NCBI GenBank assembly: GCA_963751215.1 | Contig: CAVVTV010000025.1 | Span: 58,745 to 122,744 of the forward strand | Source of the DNA: an uncultured Thermoleophilia bacterium | Lineage (GTDB): Bacteria; Actinomycetota; Thermoleophilia; UBA2241 | Reading direction: 5' to 3' | Length of the DNA: 64,000 nt | Part shown: piece after piece, positions 17,190 to 23,255 of the stretch | Layout of the letters: each line of letters begins with the position of its first letter | Position numbering within the stretch: position 1 is the first letter of the stretch | Program-made: the position numbers and the translations under genes | The notes under the pieces: model-generated | Told to the model about the DNA's origin: nothing | Seen by the model: only the letters and a program-made list of their open reading frames with translations | The model's database searches: none

Positions 17190-18221
17190 ATGATCCGCCC
17201 CCCTCGCAGACGCCGCCGGCCGGCCCTGCTGCGAGGCCGTTTTCGCACTCTCTTCTTCGTGGTCCTGGCCGTCGCGGCGCTGGCGCTCCGCCACGGCGAC
17301 GCCGCCATCCCCGCCTTGATCGGCGCCGGCGCCGGCCTGTGCTCCGTGGTGGTGGCTCGCCGCCGCGACGAAGACCTCGGGCACACGTTCGTCGTGCTCG
17401 ACTGGCTGCTGCTGGGCTGCACCCTGGTGTTCTCCGGCGGCGCCGATAGCTGGCTGCTCGGGGCTCTGCCGCTGCTCGCCATGGGGCACCTGGCCGGAGC
17501 GCCGCGCCGTGAATGGCCCTATCTCCTGGCGCCGTCTCTGCTGCTGCTCGTGGTGCTCGCCATCGCCGATCCGTCACTGGGCGGCAGCCGGCTGGGCGGC
17601 GTGGCCAAGGTGCTGGTGCTGGCGGCCGGCGGCTGGGTGGCCGCCACCAGGCTGCCGCGGGCGGGCGCCCAGCGGCCGCCGCGGGCGCCTCTCCAGCGGG
17701 CGCCTGTCCAGCGGCCGCGGCAGCGCGCAGCGCGCGTGGACGGCACCACCGGCCTCTACACCGGCGAACGCCTGCGTGATCTGCTGTGCGCTGGCATGGA
17801 GGCCGCCCTGGCCGAGCATCGCCCCCTCAGTGTCGTGTATCTTCGCCTAGAGCAGTACGAGGACTGCCGCAACTTCCTCGGCCCGCAAGGCAGCGAGCAG
17901 CTCGTGCGGGCCGTGGCCCACCGCGTCGAGCGGCATCTGGGCCCCGACGACCGCGCCTTCCGCGTGGCCCCGGACGCCTTCGTGATGACGCTCCTGGGCA
18001 GCTCCCTGGCCGAGGCTCACGAGCGCGCGGCAAGCGTGGCCCACGACGTCGGCGGCAACCTCATCGCCGGACGCCGCCAGACCCTGGCCAGCGGCGCCTC
18101 CTCGTTTCCCACCGTGCGCCGCCTCGAGGATCTGCTCACCGCAGCCCGCGAAGATTCCGAGGAGCCCGAGGACAGGCGTGAGCCGGTACCGACGGTGGTC
18201 CGGCTGGCGGCGGCGCAGTGA
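17190..18221 (+). CDS. Membrane protein with degenerate GGDEF domain (APDAF in place of GGDEF)
   Basis: Track ORF 17037..18221 trimmed to ATG 17190 (MIRPPRRRRRPALL..., then about 5 TMs). C-terminal ...DGTTGLYTGERLRDLL...LSVVYLRLEQYEDCRNFLG...DRAFRVAPDAFVMTLLGSS... aligns to a GGDEF fold but lacks the catalytic motif. Start uncertain. Confidence 0.6.
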   Translation: MIRPPRRRRRPALLRGRFRTLFFVVLAVAALALRHGDAAIPALIGAGAGLCSVVVARRRDEDLGHTFVVLDWLLLGCTLVFSGGADSWLLGALPLLAMGHLAGAPRREWPYLLAPSLLLLVVLAIADPSLGGSRLGGVAKVLVLAAGGWVAATRLPRAGAQRPPRAPLQRAPVQRPRQRAARVDGTTGLYTGERLRDLLCAGMEAALAEHRPLSVVYLRLEQYEDCRNFLGPQGSEQLVRAVAHRVERHLGPDDRAFRVAPDAFVMTLLGSSLAEAHERAASVAHDVGGNLIAGRRQTLASGASSFPTVRRLEDLLTAAREDSEEPEDRREPVPTVVRLAAAQ

Positions 18222-18314
18222 CGCGGCCACCGTTGCGAGACCGCGCCGGCGACGAATGACGTCTGCCCGTGCCGCCGCCCGGCGGCACGTCTTGCCACTC
18301 CACACCCACCTCGC

Positions 18315-18320
18315 TAGTCT
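18315..18320 (+). promoter_or_regulatory. Putative -10 box TAGTCT, 6 nt upstream of GTG 18327 (leaderless)
   Basis: tcgcTAGTCTtcagtcGTGgag. Confidence 0.3.
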
Positions 18321-18326
18321 TCAGTC

Positions 18327-18626
18327 GTGGAGATAGACATCGCCAACGAGCAGCTCTCTCAGGGGATCGCCGTGCGCGTGCGGGTACGCTTGTTGGGACG
18401 CGAGACGAGCAAGCTCTTCGTGAGCGGCGACACGCTTATTCAGCTGCCGCTCGCCGGCGCCCTGGCTGAGCCCGACGGCTCTCCTATCCCGCGTTCCGGT
18501 ATCTTCCTGAGCGAGCTGGCGGGCGCTCGCGACGGCCTTGTCCGTGTGTTCGCCGACGCCGCCGCGGCCCAGGCCTACGCAACCGCCGTACGCTCCCAAC
18601 TCGAGACCGCCTTGGAGGCATCGTGA
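18327..18626 (+). CDS. Hypothetical 99-aa protein, translationally coupled to the Roadblock/LC7 gene
   Basis: GTG start; GTGA overlap with the next gene; no family recognised (MEIDIANEQLSQGIAVRVRVRLLGRETSKLFVSGD...). Confidence 0.5.
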   Translation: MEIDIANEQLSQGIAVRVRVRLLGRETSKLFVSGDTLIQLPLAGALAEPDGSPIPRSGIFLSELAGARDGLVRVFADAAAAQAYATAVRSQLETALEAS

Positions 18627-18961
18627 GCGACCAGTCGGACGCCCTCGTCACCAGACTCGCACCGTACCGCAAGACGCCGGGCATCGTCGCCGCCCTGCTC
18701 ATCTCGCACGACGGCTTCGTCGTGGCTGCCGACGCCGACGAGGGCTTCGATTCCGGAGCTGTAGCTGCTCAGGTCGCCGGGGCCATCGACATGGGTGCGC
18801 GTCTGGCCGGAGAGCTGGGGCAGCCCGCCGCCAAGTACATCTCCCTCGAGTTCGAGGACCTGAACGTGGTGCTGGCGCCGTTCGGCAGCGAGCTCATGCT
18901 TATCCTCGTGGGCCGCCCGGGCGCCCTCCTCTGCGAGTACCGTCTGGTCACCGGCGTCTGA
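18623..18961 (+). CDS. Roadblock/LC7 (MglB-like) domain protein
   Basis: 112 aa; ...LAPYRKTPGIVAALLISHDGFVVAADAD...AAQVAGAIDMGARLAGELG...YISLEFEDLNVVLAPFGSELMLILVG... typical Roadblock/LC7 pattern. Confidence 0.75.
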   Translation: MSDQSDALVTRLAPYRKTPGIVAALLISHDGFVVAADADEGFDSGAVAAQVAGAIDMGARLAGELGQPAAKYISLEFEDLNVVLAPFGSELMLILVGRPGALLCEYRLVTGV

Positions 18962-19004
18962 GCGGGCAGGTCTCTGGCCCAGGTGATGGGGCTCTAAACG
19001 CCGC

Positions 19005-19895
19005 TCACGGCACCACCACGCGCAGAGCGCGTGGCGCCACACGGCAGATGAGCGGCAGCTTGCCGGCCACCTCGCCGTCGGTCTGCACCAGCACTTCCTT
19101 GCCCTCCTCGACGGTCACGATCTCGGCCCTCTCGGTGCGGAAGTACTCAACTTTGGGGTGCCGGATGTGGGCGTTGATGAGCGCTGCCGACCAGTACCAC
19201 ACGGTCGTCAGAAACGACTTGTCCTTGAGCACGCAGACGTCCAGCAAGCCATCGCGCATGTCGGCCAGCGGCGTGATCCCAAAGCCCCCGGCGTAGTTGG
19301 ACGAATTGCCGAACACGGCGAAGTAGCCCTCCACGGTGCGCTCCTCGGTGGTCACCCGGATGAGCGGCTCCTCCTTGGTGAAGTAGTTCGCGAGGCCCTG
19401 CACCGCGAAGGCGGCCTCCTTGAAGGCCTTCTTCAAGACCGGGTTGAGCGAGGCCACCACGGCGGCGTCCATGCCAACGCCCGCCATGAGACCGAAATAG
19501 CGCTCGCCGGCGAGGCCCAGATCGATCCACGAGACAGTGCCGGAGCCGAGCAGAAGCACGGCGTCGGGCGGGTCCAGCGGGATACCTAGCTCCATGGCGA
19601 GGACGTTCACCGTACCGGTGGGGACGATGGCCAGCGGCACGTCGCTGCCGGCCAGCCCGTTGATGGTCTCGTTCACGGTGCCGTCGCCGCCGACGGCGCA
19701 GACCACGTCGAAACCACGCTGCACACCCTCGCGCGCGAGACGTGTGGCGTCGCCTATCCCCTCGGTCCGGCGCTCCTCCACGTCGAAGCCCAGGCCGCGC
19801 AGGGCCTCGACGATGAGCGGATGATCCTTGTGGTAGCCGCCGCCGGCCGAGCTGGGGTTGAAGATCGCCATCATGCGATGGCCGAGCTCCCTCAC
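19005..19895 (-). CDS. Diacylglycerol kinase-family lipid kinase (YegS/BmrU type)
   Basis: 296 aa; ...VVCAVGGDGTVNETINGLAGSDVPLAIVPTGTVNVLAMELGIP...; overlaps the upstream gene stop by 4 nt. Alternative start ATG 19874. Confidence 0.85.
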   Translation of the reverse strand: MRELGHRMMAIFNPSSAGGGYHKDHPLIVEALRGLGFDVEERRTEGIGDATRLAREGVQRGFDVVCAVGGDGTVNETINGLAGSDVPLAIVPTGTVNVLAMELGIPLDPPDAVLLLGSGTVSWIDLGLAGERYFGLMAGVGMDAAVVASLNPVLKKAFKEAAFAVQGLANYFTKEEPLIRVTTEERTVEGYFAVFGNSSNYAGGFGITPLADMRDGLLDVCVLKDKSFLTTVWYWSAALINAHIRHPKVEYFRTERAEIVTVEEGKEVLVQTDGEVAGKLPLICRVAPRALRVVVP

Positions 19896-20710
19896 AGAGG
19901 CACCTGGGACGCGCCGCCGGCGAAGCGCAGCGCGGCGGCGTAGCCGGCCTGTTGCGCCACTGCAGCGGCCCGCGCGAAATCGGCGCCCACCTCGGCGGGC
20001 CGATGAGCGTCGGAGCCGAAGGTGAGTGGGATCCCGAGTTGCGCGGCCGCGGCCAGGAGATCGGGCGCCGGGTAGGCTTCGCCGACCGGCTTGCGGTAGC
20101 CGGCCGTGTTGAGCTCCAGCGCGCTGCCGGCCGCGGCGATGGCGCGCAGCGCCTTCGCCGCCGCGGCCGAGACCACTTCGGCATCGCTCGGAGGGTAGCC
20201 GAACTTCTTCACATGGTCGATGTGGCCCATCACCTGAAAGAGTCCGCTGGCGGCCGCCCGAGCCACTAGCTCAAGGCTCTCCACGTACACGCGATCGATG
20301 CCGTACTCGACCAGCTCCCGGCGCACCGCGGGATGGTCGAAGGGAAAGCCGTCGGCGAGCACGTGAACCGACCCGATGACGTAAGCGAACGGGTACTGGG
20401 CCAGCACCGCGGCGGTGTCGTCGAGGGTCTCCTCGATGTAATCGGCCTCGATGCCGAGCACGATCCGCAGGTCGGCGCGGTACTCGCGGGCGAGCTCATG
20501 GACGAGAGTGACGTAGCCGTCGATCTCGGTGACGCTCATGGCCCAGTCGTCGGGCGTGGGACGGCTGGGTTGCCAGCCGCCCAGAAACGGCAGGTGGTCG
20601 GCGAAGCCAATCTCGGTCATGCCGAGGGTGATGGCGCGCTCGACGTAGTCGCGCGGCGCGCCTTCGGCATGGCCGCAAAGACGCGTGTGGATGTGGTGAT
20701 CGGCGATCAT
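19892..20710 (-). CDS. PHP-family histidinol-phosphatase-like phosphoesterase
   Basis: Trimmed to ATG 20710 (MIADHHIHTRLCGHAEG...IGFADHLPF...GSVHVL...GHIDHVKKFG...FGSDAHRP). Confidence 0.8.
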   Translation of the reverse strand: MIADHHIHTRLCGHAEGAPRDYVERAITLGMTEIGFADHLPFLGGWQPSRPTPDDWAMSVTEIDGYVTLVHELAREYRADLRIVLGIEADYIEETLDDTAAVLAQYPFAYVIGSVHVLADGFPFDHPAVRRELVEYGIDRVYVESLELVARAAASGLFQVMGHIDHVKKFGYPPSDAEVVSAAAAKALRAIAAAGSALELNTAGYRKPVGEAYPAPDLLAAAAQLGIPLTFGSDAHRPAEVGADFARAAAVAQQAGYAAALRFAGGASQVPL

Positions 20711-20740
20711 GCGTTGGACCCCGCACACCAAGCTTACACC

Positions 20741-21523
20741 TCAGGCACGGCGCTGGGCCGTGCGCCGGCGCGAGGCGGGGCGGCGCGAGGCGGGCCGAGG
20801 TGAGGTGAGGTGAGGCGGGCCGCGGCGTCGCGGGCCGCGGCGACGGCGCGGCCCGCGGCGCGCCAGCACCAAGGCCACAGCCAGGCCGGCCGCGAACCCA
20901 CCGAGGTGGGCGAAGAAGGCAGTGCCCACAGCGCGCTGGCCAAACGCCAGCAGCCCTTCGACGGCCTGAACCGCGAACCACAATCCCAGCAAGATCCAGG
21001 CCGGCAGCGAGATCACCGGAAAGACCAGACCCAGCGGCACCACACTCAGCACCTGGGCACGGGGAAACAGTACCAGATACGCCCCCAGCACCCCGGCGAT
21101 CGCGCCGCTGGCCCCGATCATGGGTACGGTGGAGCTCGCGCTCATCACCACCTGAGTCGCCGTGGCGATCATGCCGCACCCCAGGTACAGACCCAGAAAC
21201 CGGGGTCGCGTCATCGCGTCTTCCACGTTGTTGCCGAAGATCCACAGGTACAGCATGTTGAAGATGAGATGCAGCCAGCCGCCGTGGATGAACATGCCGG
21301 TGAACATGGTCGCCCACCAGGGCACCAGGTCATGCGGGGGGATGTCGAGACCATGGGCCAGCTCGAACGGCGTCACGCCGACCCTGGCGTAGAAGGCGCT
21401 CAGCGTGAGCCCGCCGTGCGGCAGCGATAGCTCGAAGGCGAACACGGCCACGTTGGCGAGGATGATGGCCGTGGTCACTACCGGAAAGCGGCGCGTGCGC
21501 AGGTCGTCGCGTAGCGGGATCAC
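20741..21523 (-). CDS. Rhomboid-family intramembrane serine protease with Arg/Pro-rich tail
   Basis: 260 aa, GTG start; ...MFIHGGWLHLIFNMLYLWIFG..., catalytic GASGAIAGVLGAY, ...FFAHLGGFAAG... Confidence 0.85.
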   Translation of the reverse strand: MIPLRDDLRTRRFPVVTTAIILANVAVFAFELSLPHGGLTLSAFYARVGVTPFELAHGLDIPPHDLVPWWATMFTGMFIHGGWLHLIFNMLYLWIFGNNVEDAMTRPRFLGLYLGCGMIATATQVVMSASSTVPMIGASGAIAGVLGAYLVLFPRAQVLSVVPLGLVFPVISLPAWILLGLWFAVQAVEGLLAFGQRAVGTAFFAHLGGFAAGLAVALVLARRGPRRRRGPRRRGPPHLTSPRPASRRPASRRRTAQRRA

Positions 21524-21925
21524 GTCTAACGCGCGCCGGACGGGGACGGTGGGGCCGCGGCATGCCTCGCGGCGCGAGGGTCGCGACTCCTCATGAGGAT
21601 GGTGAGCGGGCGGTCACTCGACGGCGCACTCCTTGCGCTCGGCGGCGGGCAGCGCCCGTCGCTCGTGAGATGCACACGCGACCGCGCCGCGCGCGGCCGC
21701 GTGTGCCGTGCCGTGGAAGTGTACTCGGGAGAGAACCTCGGCGCGTCACGCGCGCCGCGTCGTGCGCCCGCACAGGCGGTACTAGCGTGAACGGCGCGCA
21801 CCGCCACGCCGCGCGGGCCGCTTGTCGCCCTGCGTCGTCAAAGCGGGCAACGCCGAGGCGCGCGTGCCCGAGCCTGGCCAAGGAAACGCCGCCGGCGGCG
21901 GCGAATGTATGGCCGCGCGTGGTGG

Positions 21926-21931
21926 TAATCT
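21926..21931 (+). promoter_or_regulatory. Putative -10 box TAATCT for the small ORF 21955 (leadered, SD GGGAGG)
   Basis: gtggTAATCTattgggtgtctGGGAGGtaccgtATG. Confidence 0.3.
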
Positions 21932-21954
21932 ATTGGGTGTCTGGGAGGTACCGT

Positions 21955-22212
21955 ATGCCCGCGTCGATTCAGACCCTGCAGCCCAAGGTCATCGTGATCC
22001 CGCGGCAGCTCGAAGGGTTCTTCTACCAGCGTCTCACCCAGAGGTTCTCGCCGCGCCACGACATCGAGGTCGTCGTCGACCGCCGTGTGGGCGAGCGCCG
22101 TCAGCAGCGCTGGGTGACGGGCCCCGGTCCACTCAGCGAGCGTCGCCGCGGCGATCGGCGCGGCGACCAGAGCACGTGGTCGCTCGCCGACATGCCTGTG
22201 TCTACTCCCTAA
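21955..22212 (+). CDS. Small Arg-rich hypothetical protein (85 aa) with DRRVGERR / ERRRGDRR motifs
   Basis: Strong SD GGGAGG 7 nt upstream of the ATG; MPASIQTLQPKVIVIPRQLEGFFYQRLTQRFSPRHDIEVVVDRRVGERRQQRW...SERRRGDRRGDQSTW...; C-terminal part of track ORF 21562..22212. Confidence 0.5.
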   Translation: MPASIQTLQPKVIVIPRQLEGFFYQRLTQRFSPRHDIEVVVDRRVGERRQQRWVTGPGPLSERRRGDRRGDQSTWSLADMPVSTP

Positions 22213-22256
22213 GAGCCTATCCCGGTAGGCCTGCACGCCCGGATGTGCCCGTAGGC
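22212..22256 (+). repeat. Partial second copy (one arm) of the 12646-12809 element
   Basis: agagcctatcccggtaggcctgcacgcccggatgtgcccgtaggc versus reverse complement of 12765-12809 agagcctatcccggcaggtctgcacgcccggatgtgcccgtgggc (42/45). Begins on the last base of the small-ORF stop codon. Confidence 0.8.
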
Positions 22257-22269
22257 GCGAAGGGCGCCG

Positions 22270-22854
22270 CTAGATCCAGCCGTTCTCGCGGCTCACGATC
22301 ACCGCTTGCGCGCGGTCGACCACATTGAGCTTGTGGTACACATTGTGCAGATGGTTGCGCACGGTGCTCTGCGAGAGCTCGAGGGCACGTGCCACCTGCT
22401 TGTAGGTCTTGCCACCGGCAAGGAGCCCCAGCACCTCGAGCTCACGGCCGGTCATCGGGTTGGGGATGTCTCCCTTGGGCGGCTCGAGCTCGCCGAGATG
22501 GACCTTCACGCGCGCCAGCAGCTCCTTGATGTGAAACGGCTTGGTAATGTAGTCGGCCGCCCCCTTCTCGAAACCCAGAAGCTTGTCGCTGATCTCACGG
22601 CGCGCCGTGAGGAAGATGATCGGCGAGCGCAGCCCTATGGGTCTGTCGCGCAGCCGCTCGTACACGGTGAAGCCGTCGGTGTCGGGCATCATGATGTCGA
22701 GGAGCACCAGGTCCGGAAGGAACAGCGACGCCGCACGCAGAGCCTCTTTGCCGTTGGCGGCCGTGTGCACATCGTATCCGGTAACCTGCAACGCCTCCGC
22801 GACGAGGCGCCTGATGTCGGGCTCGTCGTCTACGACCAGGATGCGCTTGCCCAT
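22270..22854 (-). CDS. NarL/FixJ (LuxR-type HTH) response regulator
   Basis: 194 aa; MGKRILVVDDEPDIRRL...DLVLLDIMMPDTDG...ADYITKPF...; C-terminal ...TGRELEVLGLLAGGKTYKQVARALELSQSTVRNHLHNVYHKL...; SD GGAGAG upstream. Confidence 0.9.
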   Translation of the reverse strand: MGKRILVVDDEPDIRRLVAEALQVTGYDVHTAANGKEALRAASLFLPDLVLLDIMMPDTDGFTVYERLRDRPIGLRSPIIFLTARREISDKLLGFEKGAADYITKPFHIKELLARVKVHLGELEPPKGDIPNPMTGRELEVLGLLAGGKTYKQVARALELSQSTVRNHLHNVYHKLNVVDRAQAVIVSRENGWI

Positions 22855-23047
22855 CTGTCTGCTCTCCAGTCATGGCAAGAGCGGACGGCCGCCCCTGCCG
22901 AGCACGGTCCCGGCGTGCGAGCGTCTCCCGAGCGCCAGGCCTGCGTTGCGCGCCGACGGGATCCGGGCACCAAGCGAGCATCCCTCCGGAGCTAACGTAT
23001 CCCCAATATCGGCAGGTGGGCGAGAAACATTACGCGCCCCGGGTGGG

Positions 23048-23227
23048 CTACCGCAGGAGATGGTCGCCGTAGTTGATGAGCAGATACACGAGGGCGACGG
23101 CAACCAGCGCCGCCACCACGATGTCTGGGTACTGGTGGCGGCGCCAGGCGTCAACCGACAGCGCGCCGAACCCGTAGGCCGCCACGGCCAGCCCGGCGAT
23201 GCCCGAGATGAAGATGACCAAGCTCAC
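23048..23227 (-). CDS. Possible 59-aa two-TM membrane protein (leaderless)
   Basis: Track ORF 23048..23332 trimmed to GTG 23227 because the upstream part overlaps the end of the oxidase gene. VSLVIFISGIAGLAVAAYGFGALSVDAWRRHQYPDIVVAALVAVALVYLLINYG... Minus strand TAGCAT (23235-23240) lies 7 nt upstream of the GTG. Confidence 0.4.
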   Translation of the reverse strand: MSLVIFISGIAGLAVAAYGFGALSVDAWRRHQYPDIVVAALVAVALVYLLINYGDHLLR

Positions 23228-23255
23228 GTCGCCAATGCTACATGCCGCGGCATGG

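Noticed and set aside
17190-18961. An actinobacterial conservon (cvnA-D) because of the Roadblock/LC7 gene.
   Set aside because: No sensor kinase of the CvnA type, no DUF742 gene and no CvnD GTPase are adjacent. Only the Roadblock component is present.
21955-22212. PilZ-like c-di-GMP-binding motifs (RRQQR ... DQSTWS about 20 aa apart) in the small Arg-rich protein.
   Set aside because: The second motif lacks the final Gly. Only 9 residues follow it, so no PilZ beta-barrel can exist. The resemblance is probably due to Arg-rich composition.
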